Source: an uncultured bacterium (GTDB taxonomy: Bacteria > Patescibacteriota > Gracilibacteria > UBA1369 > PNNO01). Taken from it: DNA of 32,000 nt. Below are positions 9,120-16,393 of this stretch, one piece after another. The notes below the pieces were generated by a model. It saw nothing but the letters and a program-made list of their open reading frames with translations, did no database searches and was not told the DNA's origin. Position 1 is the first letter of the stretch, and the number at the start of each line of letters is the position of its first letter. A program made the position numbers and the translations under genes. Where the stretch lies: contig OY969931.1 of the NCBI GenBank assembly GCA_963704705.1, positions 720,001 to 752,000 of the forward strand, in the 5' to 3' direction.

Positions 9120-9479
9120 ATGAATATTGAAGGAATGAACAGTGCCCCAATGGCTGATGAAGCTGAAATTCAAATGCTTCAACAACAAGGATGGGATGTT
9201 GAAACAGCAAGCGCTGATGAAGCACAGCGTGTTGAAATAGAAAATGGTCTAATTAATGCTGGTATGGAAGTTCAGGTATTTGCAAATCCAGATAATTCTA
9301 CCTTTACGATATTAAGAAAAGCACCTGCTGAAGAGGCTTATACTGAAGATCCAGCAACTAGCGCTGTTGATGAACCAGGTCCTCAAAATGTTTCTGACGG
9401 ACAAAGGGAAAAGATGGAAGAAGTTTTTCCTGGTTTATTTGGAAATCCTGAAGATGAGAATAAAAATAAGGCAGCTTAA
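9120..9479 (+). CDS. Hypothetical highly acidic small protein (119 aa)
   Basis: This ORF sits directly behind the promoter above. The sequence is rich in D/E (MADEAEIQMLQQQGWDVETASADEAQRVEIENG...PEDENKNKAA). It has no TM segment and no domain I recognise. Confidence 0.6.
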   Translation: MNIEGMNSAPMADEAEIQMLQQQGWDVETASADEAQRVEIENGLINAGMEVQVFANPDNSTFTILRKAPAEEAYTEDPATSAVDEPGPQNVSDGQREKMEEVFPGLFGNPEDENKNKAA

Positions 9480-9486
9480 TTTACAA

Positions 9487-10410
9487 TCACTCCCCTTCGT
9501 TTAAACCTTCGAGAAAATATTTTTTGGAAAGTGCATAATAGTACATTGTGTAATAGCGATCTTTGCTAAGTTCGCGGATTTTTTTCAAAATAAATATAGT
9601 GATCGGATGCGCGAGCACACTAAATATGAATTTTTTAAATTTAGAAGGTACTTTTTTAAGTTCAGGATATTTTTTATGAATTAAATGTGCTGACTTTCCT
9701 ATATTTTTCATGCGGCTTTCAAGTGATTCTTCTTCCATTGGGTGGAAATGATATGCAATCGCATGTGGATTGTAATAAAGATTCAACTTTTCTTTTTTTG
9801 TTAATCTGTAGCCAAGTTCTATATCTTCCCATCCATAAGAACTAAAACGTGAATCAAAAGGATATTTTTTAAGTAAGGATTTTTTAAGTGAAATATTTGA
9901 TGTATAGAAAAAATTATAATTAGCTTTCTTTTTTCCTCTTAATTTTTCAAAAGCAAACTGATGACCGCCAAATTTACCAAAAATTGACGAACCGTTTGTA
10001 AGCCAATCCATAAAAGGCGTAACTTCCAAACGCGGATCCCAGCCAATAAAACCTAGCACTGCATCGTTTTCATTAATATATTTTCGATGAAATTTCATGT
10101 GTTCTTTAATGAAATCAGGTAAAACAAGAATATCGTCACCTATTAAAATAACTATTTTGCCTTTTGCGTAACGTAAAGCGTAATTTCGTGCTATCCCCTG
10201 CCCTTGATTTTTTTGATAATGATAATGGATTTGAACTTTTGAGTATTTTTTTTCTTTTTCAACGACTTCTGCTGTTGCGTCAGTGCTTCCGTCGTCCACA
10301 ACTATTATTTCGTATTCATCTTTAATAAAATCCTGTTTTTTTAATCGTTCCAAACAGTCCTTTAATATTTCTGCTCTGTTATGGGTGGGAATAATTACGG
10401 TTACCTGCAC
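9487..10410 (-). CDS. Family 2 (GT-A) glycosyltransferase
   Basis: The N-terminus VTVIIPTHNRAEILKDCLERL...YEIIVVDDGSTDAT and the DxD-like IGDDIL match GT2. The gene has a GTG start at 10410. Confidence 0.85.
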   Translation of the reverse strand: MQVTVIIPTHNRAEILKDCLERLKKQDFIKDEYEIIVVDDGSTDATAEVVEKEKKYSKVQIHYHYQKNQGQGIARNYALRYAKGKIVILIGDDILVLPDFIKEHMKFHRKYINENDAVLGFIGWDPRLEVTPFMDWLTNGSSIFGKFGGHQFAFEKLRGKKKANYNFFYTSNISLKKSLLKKYPFDSRFSSYGWEDIELGYRLTKKEKLNLYYNPHAIAYHFHPMEEESLESRMKNIGKSAHLIHKKYPELKKVPSKFKKFIFSVLAHPITIFILKKIRELSKDRYYTMYYYALSKKYFLEGLNEGE

Positions 10411-10455
10411 AAAATTAAGTTAGTGACGCTTTAAAATTTTACGTCACTAACTTAA
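10411..10455 (-). terminator. Intrinsic-terminator-like hairpin downstream of ssb
   Basis: A perfect 14-bp inverted repeat, TTAAGTTAGTGACG (10415..10428) and CGTCACTAACTTAA (10442..10455), encloses a 13-nt loop. On the minus strand the hairpin is followed by UUUU (10411..10414), which runs straight into the GTG start of the GT2 gene. Confidence 0.7.
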
Positions 10456-10472
10456 AAATAGAAAGCCAAAAG

Positions 10473-10874
10473 CTATTCTGAATCTTCTTCTGTATTTGGA
10501 TCAACAGGATCAATAGATGCTTTAGGATTGCCGTCTTTATCTTTTTTAAGATTAATAAACTTAATGTTATTTGCAACTATTTCAGTTAAATATTTTGTTT
10601 CGCCTTCTTTGTTTTTATAGCTTCTATTTAACAAAGAACCTTCGAGATAAATTGCTGCACCTTTTTTTAGAAATTCACCTGTAATTTCACCTAACCTGCG
10701 CCATGCAACTACCCTGTGGTAATCGGTTACACTAATCTTTTTACCATTTTCATCTTTCCATTGGCGATTAGTAGCCAACGAAAAGTTTGCTACAGCTTTA
10801 CCTGTAGTTGTTTCCCGCACTTCTGGATCAGCAGCGAGATTTCCCATGAGTGAGACTCTGTTTAAACTCCTCAT
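10473..10874 (-). CDS. ssb: Single-stranded DNA-binding protein
   Basis: The OB-fold sequence MRSLNRVSLMGNLAADPEVRETTTGKAVANFSLATNRQW...YHRVVAWRRLGE is present. I prefer the ATG at 10874 over the GTG at 10898 in the ORF track. The tail is acidic and ends ...NTEEDSE. Confidence 0.9.
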   Translation of the reverse strand: MRSLNRVSLMGNLAADPEVRETTTGKAVANFSLATNRQWKDENGKKISVTDYHRVVAWRRLGEITGEFLKKGAAIYLEGSLLNRSYKNKEGETKYLTEIVANNIKFINLKKDKDGNPKASIDPVDPNTEEDSE

Positions 10875-11016
10875 AATTATTGGGTTAAAAAATATCACTT
10901 AAAGCCTATCAATAAAAAATTAAATTATTCTAAAATAAATCTAAAAAAAATAACCTCGATTTGCTTGTATTTATAAGCAAAATCCAGAATAATAATGAAG
11001 CTGTTAATTCAAACAC

Positions 11017-11631
11017 ATGTTCACCGGAATAATAAAAGATCTTGGAACAATAAAATCTCTTAAAAAAGAAAGTGATAATTTAGTTGCATCAATTGAATCA
11101 AAATTAAAATTTGAAGTTGATGATTCTGTTGCTGTAAATGGTGTTTGTTCAACTGTCACTAAAACCCAAGGCAAAACTTTTACTGTTGAATATATACCTG
11201 AAACACTCAAAGTAACTGACATATCTAAATGGAAACAAGGAGATAAAGTAAATTTGGAACCACCGCTATCACTTGGCGACAAATTAAACGGGCATTTTGT
11301 TCAGGGTCATGTGGATTCAACAGCCAAAATCACAAATATTGAAAACAATGAATTCGTAATATCATTTCCTCGCGAATTTTCAAAATATATCGCACTTAAG
11401 GGTTCGATTTCCGTAGACGGGATAAGTCTTACCATATCAAATCTATCTCAAAATGCTTTTACAGTGTCGCTAATCCCCCATACTTTAAAAAACACAACAC
11501 TGGGATTTAAAAAAGTCGGAGATTTGGTTAATATAGAAGTGGATATGATTTCACGCTATCTAAAACAATTGTTTGATGAACGTGATCATCAAACCAATTA
11601 TGAATTTTTAAAAGAACGCGGATTTATATGA
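11017..11631 (+). CDS. ribE: Riboflavin synthase (alpha chain)
   Basis: The protein starts MFTGIIKDLGTIKS and contains two lumazine-binding repeats (AVNGVCSTVT and SVDGISLTIS). The stop overlaps the ribH start (ATGA at 11628..11631). Confidence 0.9.
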   Translation: MFTGIIKDLGTIKSLKKESDNLVASIESKLKFEVDDSVAVNGVCSTVTKTQGKTFTVEYIPETLKVTDISKWKQGDKVNLEPPLSLGDKLNGHFVQGHVDSTAKITNIENNEFVISFPREFSKYIALKGSISVDGISLTISNLSQNAFTVSLIPHTLKNTTLGFKKVGDLVNIEVDMISRYLKQLFDERDHQTNYEFLKERGFI

Positions 11632-12077
11632 AACAAAACTTATTAAAAAGCATAGATTTAAATGGCAAAGGTATAAATGTTGGAATTGTTATTTCGGAAT
11701 TTAATTATGAAATCGGCGAAAGACTGTTGGAATTTGCTTTAAAAGAACTTGATAATCTAAATGCAACCATAGTTAAAGTTGTTAATGTACCCGGAGCATT
11801 AGAAATTCCTATAGCAACACAAAAACTTATTAAAAAACATAATATTGATGTTATTATTGCTCTTGGAGTTGTTATAAAAGGTGAAACCGATCATTATGAA
11901 CATGTTTCAAGAGAATCTACTCATGCGCTTACAAACCTTGCATTAAAATATAAAACGCCAATTATTCAGGGAATAATCACTGCGCAAAGCAAAGATCTCG
12001 CAAAAGCCAGAGTTGAAAGAGGGATCGAATATGCCAGAACAGCAATTCAAATGGTTCACACACTTAAAAACATTTAA
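11628..12077 (+). CDS. ribH: 6,7-dimethyl-8-ribityllumazine synthase
   Basis: The motifs GIVISEFNYEI...VPGALEIP...LGVVIKGETDHYEHV are typical of lumazine synthase. The protein is 149 aa. Confidence 0.9.
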   Translation: MKQNLLKSIDLNGKGINVGIVISEFNYEIGERLLEFALKELDNLNATIVKVVNVPGALEIPIATQKLIKKHNIDVIIALGVVIKGETDHYEHVSRESTHALTNLALKYKTPIIQGIITAQSKDLAKARVERGIEYARTAIQMVHTLKNI

Positions 12078-12088
12078 ATTTAATACTT

Positions 12089-13273
12089 ATGAAACTTAAA
12101 AACATTAAAGATGCCAAAGTTAAAGGCAAAAAAGTACTTATTCGTGTTGATTACAATGTTCCGCTGGAAGACGGCAAAGTAATGGATGATACTAGAATAG
12201 TTGAATCATTGCCAACTATTGAATATTTGTTAAAAGAAGGTGCTAGTATTATTTTGATGTCTCATTTGGGGCGGCCGGATGGTAATAATAACAATGAATT
12301 AAAATTAGACCCTGTTGCAGCTCGATTAAGTGAACTTTTAAAAAAAGATGTTAAAAAAGTTGATAGCTGTATTGGACCTGAAGTAGAAAAAGCAGTTGAA
12401 GAATTACAACCCGGAGATATTTTAATGCTTGAAAACACAAGATTTCACAAAGAAGAAAAAGAAAATGACAAAGATTTCGCAAAAAAACTGGCAGGTTATG
12501 CTGATTTATTTGTAAGTGATGCATTTGGAACTGTCCACAGAGCGCACGCATCAACAGAAGGTGTTGCTCATTATCTCGATTCTTATGCCGGATTTCTAAT
12601 TCAGAAAGAAGTTAAGGCTTTAACTCCCCTGTTAGGTAAAGATGTTGATCATCCATTTGTTCTTTTACTTGGCGGTGCGAAAATCGATACTAAAATTGGT
12701 GTTATTAAAGCATTCTTGGCTAAAGCCGATAAAATATTACTTGGAGGTGGCCTCGCAAATACTTTTGCAGCTGCGCAGGGGTTTGATGTTGGTGAATCTT
12801 TATGCGAACATGACAAACTTGATACTGCCCGTGAAATAATGCTTGATGCTGATAAAAATAATTGTGAAATCTTGATTCCAGGCGGATTTATTGTTGCAGA
12901 TGAAATAGGAGACAATGTATTAACCGCTGATATGGAAATAACCGGTATTGAAGCGAATATGAAAATGCTTGATTTAGGTGTTAAATCTCTAAACAAATAT
13001 ATTGCAATTCTTCAGGATGCCAAAACAATAATCTGGAACGGTCCAGTTGGCCTATACGAGAAGAAACCATTTGAAAGGGGCACTCTTGAAATCGCTGAAG
13101 CTTTGGCTGAAGTAAAAGGAAAAACTTATTTGGGCGGAGGCGACACACTAAGCGCACTTAAACACTTTGGCATAAGTACTGATAAATTCACACATGTATC
13201 AACAGGCGGTGGTGCAATGCTTGAATTATTGGAAGGTAAAGAATTGCCGGGACTTAAGGTGTTGGCTTCTTAA
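12089..13273 (+). CDS. pgk: Phosphoglycerate kinase
   Basis: The protein carries VLIRVDYNVPL, SHLGRP and the C-terminal GGGDT...STGGGA motifs. It is 394 aa. Confidence 0.96.
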   Translation: MKLKNIKDAKVKGKKVLIRVDYNVPLEDGKVMDDTRIVESLPTIEYLLKEGASIILMSHLGRPDGNNNNELKLDPVAARLSELLKKDVKKVDSCIGPEVEKAVEELQPGDILMLENTRFHKEEKENDKDFAKKLAGYADLFVSDAFGTVHRAHASTEGVAHYLDSYAGFLIQKEVKALTPLLGKDVDHPFVLLLGGAKIDTKIGVIKAFLAKADKILLGGGLANTFAAAQGFDVGESLCEHDKLDTAREIMLDADKNNCEILIPGGFIVADEIGDNVLTADMEITGIEANMKMLDLGVKSLNKYIAILQDAKTIIWNGPVGLYEKKPFERGTLEIAEALAEVKGKTYLGGGDTLSALKHFGISTDKFTHVSTGGGAMLELLEGKELPGLKVLAS

Positions 13274-14036
13274 AAAATTCAATTCTAATTACATCCGAAA
13301 CGTCAATTTCTTCAGGTAAAGATACATATTTAAATCCATTTTGCAGCTGATAAGTACCTTGCATAATTACTTTGCTGTCTTTTTCAATAGTTATTTTTGC
13401 AATAGAATCATTTAAAGATTTTTCATTAATAATTCTTATAAGCATTAAATGGTCTTTTACTGAAATAAAAAAACTATCATTTTTAGCTGTTTCCTGAAAA
13501 TCTTCACGATAATATGCAGTGAATATTGCATCAGGAATTTCAATTGTTAAATTTGCCTTTACCCATTTAATTATATTTCTATCTTGTAAATGACCTGATT
13601 GTTGCCCTTCAACTTTTAATATATGCCTTGGATCATTAACGTAAATTATTTTCTCCCCAACTTTTAATACGATTACTGGTATATCCATACCTGAATTGTC
13701 GGTTTTTTGGGTTTCTATAAATTTACTTATTTTTGCTTTTTCTTGTACTAATTTAGTTCCATAAATAACCCTCATACCTATATATAATGCTGGTGCATCT
13801 GTTTTTGTACTTCTTAATTCAATGATATCGCCTGAAGCAAGTCTAACTATTTGATCCCATTTAATATCTTCCGGGTCAAAACGTTCTTCAGGTTCAATAT
13901 CAGCTAATTCTAAATCTCCTATTCTTGCATTCACACCTGACTCTATTTGCTTAGGCTCAGCATCGGTTGAAGTTGAATCAACTGTTTTAATTTCTTCAGT
14001 ATCTAGTAAGCCGAATTCTTCATTATTATTATCCAT
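13254..14036 (-). CDS. Hypothetical protein (260 aa, acidic N-terminus)
   Basis: This long ORF is the last gene of the long minus-strand gene run. It has no TM segment and no domain I recognise. Its 3' end overlaps the pgk 3' end by 20 nt. Confidence 0.6.
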   Translation of the reverse strand: MDNNNEEFGLLDTEEIKTVDSTSTDAEPKQIESGVNARIGDLELADIEPEERFDPEDIKWDQIVRLASGDIIELRSTKTDAPALYIGMRVIYGTKLVQEKAKISKFIETQKTDNSGMDIPVIVLKVGEKIIYVNDPRHILKVEGQQSGHLQDRNIIKWVKANLTIEIPDAIFTAYYREDFQETAKNDSFFISVKDHLMLIRIINEKSLNDSIAKITIEKDSKVIMQGTYQLQNGFKYVSLPEEIDVSDVIRIEFFKKPTP

Positions 14037-14105
14037 AATATTAAAAAAAGGATATAATTATAAATTATAACCTTAAATTAGTCAATATATTACTATTTAA
14101 AATTT

Positions 14106-15956
14106 TTATTTTTTTTGATTCTTCCAGTAAAGGGCATTGTAGCCTCTTACATAGGCATCGGTTGAAGCCTGAATTATGTCAGGTGATGTTGCGCTACCAA
14201 CTACTTTTTCACCGCTTTTATCACTCATTTTGATATTCACTTCAACTGCGGCATCAGTTCCTGCAGAATGAATAGTTACTTTATAATCTAATAACTTAAC
14301 ATTCAACTTGTCGTCTTTTTGTACTGCTTTTTTAAGTGCATTAATTATTGCATCAACCGGACCAACACCTTCGCCTTTAGCACAAATTTCGTTGCCCATA
14401 AACAAAATATCAATTTTAACTTTAGGGGGGTTTGTTTTATTGATTTGAAGGTCAAAATCTTTAACAATCAAAACGGGTTTCTTAGAAGAATACTCTTTCA
14501 AAACATTTTCCACGATTTTTTGAAGATCACTTTCGGTTACAGCCTTACCTTTTCCGGCAAAATTAAGTAGTTCTCCGTGTACCTGCCGTAAATGATCTCC
14601 TTTAATTAAAATATCAAATTTTTCTTGGATAATTTCCTGAAGTTGTTTTTCAGTTGGCATCTTTTTCCACAAAGTTTTTCGTTCATGCGAGGATGCAGCG
14701 CGTAATTTATAAAGTTTATGTTTTAAATACCTGTTTATATCTTCTCTATTTGGCTCCAAAGATGGTGGACTAGGAAGATTGGACATAGCAGTAATAGGGT
14801 CCTTAAGCCCATTCCCGGTTCCGATAACAACAACTGTTTCGTTTTTATTAAACTTTCCTTTTTCAGCTAATTTTTGCAAAGCAGCAACCCCTAAAGCACC
14901 AGAAGGTTCCAAAAATATTGATTCTTCATAACCCAGTAAATGTTCTGCGTTAAGGGTATCAATATCATCAACAGCAATCGCCATTCCCTCTGATTCTTTA
15001 ATAGCTCTGAGTACAAGCTGGCCGTCAAGCGGATAATTTACTGCCACAGCACTGCAAACTGTATCTATATGTTCGATAGATTTAACTTTACTTGAATGAT
15101 TTTTAAAAGCATTTACAACTGTTTTACAACCTGTTGGCTGAACACCAATTAATTTAGGCAGCTTATTGATAAAGCCCATTTTATAAAATTCTTTAAATCC
15201 TTTCCATATAGCTGACAAATTAGTTCCGCAGCCAATAGGACAAATTACATAATCCGGAGCTCTCCAGAATAATTGTTCACATATTTCATAAGCTTGTGAC
15301 TTTTGACCCTCTCTTCTGAACACATAATCCCCTGCCAGATAAAATCCGTTATCTTCAGCAACCTGAGCAGCTAATCTCGCACATTCACTGTATTCACCTC
15401 TAATCAATAATACACGCGCTCCATACGAAATAGTCTGGCTTAATTTACCAATTGGCGTATTTTCAGGCACCATTACATAGCAAGGTATACCTGCTACTGT
15501 AGAATAAGCCGCAACAGATGCAGCCATATTACCAGAAGATGCAAGACAAATAGCTTTTGCTCCTAATTCAAGTGCTTTTGTAACTTCAACAAGGGTTCCC
15601 CGATCTTTAAAAACTCCGGTTGGATTTGCACCTTCATTTTTAATATAAATATTTGAAAGTCCGAATTTTTTGCAAAGTTTTCGTGCATGATATAAAGGTG
15701 TGCCACCTTCTTTTAAGCTTACAATCTTTTCCAAATCCAAAATAGGATAAAAATCCAGATATTTCATTGCTGAAATTGCAGTATGCTTAATTGAGAAAAT
15801 ATTCATTCTACGTTTAATTCTTTCATAATCGTAAATTACATCCAAAGCTCCATTACATTTAGGACAAAAAGTAGATGTTTGTTTTTCATCGTATTCATTT
15901 TTACACTCAATACATTTAAGTTTGTAGAATTTTGTAGTACTGCTACCGTTAGGCAT
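14106..15956 (-). CDS. Threonine-synthase-like PLP enzyme with an N-terminal zinc ribbon, fused to a C-terminal LeuA-type allosteric (LeuA_dimer-like) domain
   Basis: The N-terminus CIECKNEY...FCPKCNG is a Cys4 ribbon. The PLP-lysine motif EGANPTGVFKDRG is ThrC-type (FKDRG). The last ~140 aa (about 14109..14549), ...GEGVGPVDAIINALKKAV...VKLLDYKVTIHSAGTDAAVEVNIKM...GSATSPDIIQASTDAYVRGYNAL, match the regulatory domain of isopropylmalate/citramalate synthases as I remember it. Confidence 0.8.
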   Translation of the reverse strand: MPNGSSTTKFYKLKCIECKNEYDEKQTSTFCPKCNGALDVIYDYERIKRRMNIFSIKHTAISAMKYLDFYPILDLEKIVSLKEGGTPLYHARKLCKKFGLSNIYIKNEGANPTGVFKDRGTLVEVTKALELGAKAICLASSGNMAASVAAYSTVAGIPCYVMVPENTPIGKLSQTISYGARVLLIRGEYSECARLAAQVAEDNGFYLAGDYVFRREGQKSQAYEICEQLFWRAPDYVICPIGCGTNLSAIWKGFKEFYKMGFINKLPKLIGVQPTGCKTVVNAFKNHSSKVKSIEHIDTVCSAVAVNYPLDGQLVLRAIKESEGMAIAVDDIDTLNAEHLLGYEESIFLEPSGALGVAALQKLAEKGKFNKNETVVVIGTGNGLKDPITAMSNLPSPPSLEPNREDINRYLKHKLYKLRAASSHERKTLWKKMPTEKQLQEIIQEKFDILIKGDHLRQVHGELLNFAGKGKAVTESDLQKIVENVLKEYSSKKPVLIVKDFDLQINKTNPPKVKIDILFMGNEICAKGEGVGPVDAIINALKKAVQKDDKLNVKLLDYKVTIHSAGTDAAVEVNIKMSDKSGEKVVGSATSPDIIQASTDAYVRGYNALYWKNQKK

Positions 15957-15965
15957 AGAATTTCA

Positions 15966-16337
15966 TTAAATAATTGCGATACATTCGATTTCAACCATCA
16001 CATCTTTTGGAAGCCGTGAGACTTCAACAGTAGCTCTTGCAGGCTTATGCCTTTCAAAAAAACTTGAATAAACTTCATTTACAACTTGAAAATTATCCAT
16101 GTTATCAAGGTAGATAGTTGTTTTAACAACTTTATCAAAACTGCTTCCTGCTTCTTTTAAAACTTCAAATAAATTATTCATTACCTGATGAGTTTGGGCC
16201 TGTGCATCCTCACCAACAATATCGCCATTTTTATTTAATGCGATTTGACCTGAACAAAATAAAAAACCATTGGCTTTAACTGCCTGAGAATAAGGGCCGA
16301 TTGCCTGAGGAGCATTATCACTTGAAACCGTTTCCAT
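15966..16337 (-). CDS. ridA: RidA/YjgF-family reactive enamine/imine deaminase
   Basis: The protein is 123 aa, with APQAIGPYSQAVKANGFLFCSGQI...PARATVEVSRLPKDVMVEIECIA. This is a classic YjgF/RidA sequence. Confidence 0.9.
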   Translation of the reverse strand: METVSSDNAPQAIGPYSQAVKANGFLFCSGQIALNKNGDIVGEDAQAQTHQVMNNLFEVLKEAGSSFDKVVKTTIYLDNMDNFQVVNEVYSSFFERHKPARATVEVSRLPKDVMVEIECIAII

Positions 16338-16393
16338 AATAAAAAAATTAATTACACCTTGTTTACATTAATATTTTTTAAAGGTGAAATCAA

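Noticed and set aside
10899-11016. Possible FMN riboswitch upstream of ribE
   Set aside because: The region is only ~118 bp, extremely AT-rich, and lacks the conserved GC-rich FMN-element helices. It is more consistent with a plain divergent promoter region.
11004-12996. Shadow ORFs over ribE and pgk (11004..11282, 12351..12554, 12642..12839, 12649..12996)
   Set aside because: They are embedded in genes with unambiguous homology (ribE, pgk), and I see no independent signals for them.
16355-16386. Hairpin CACCTT...AAGGTG between the ATPase gene and ridA as a terminator
   Set aside because: The stem is only 6 bp and the loop is ~20 nt, which is too weak to call.
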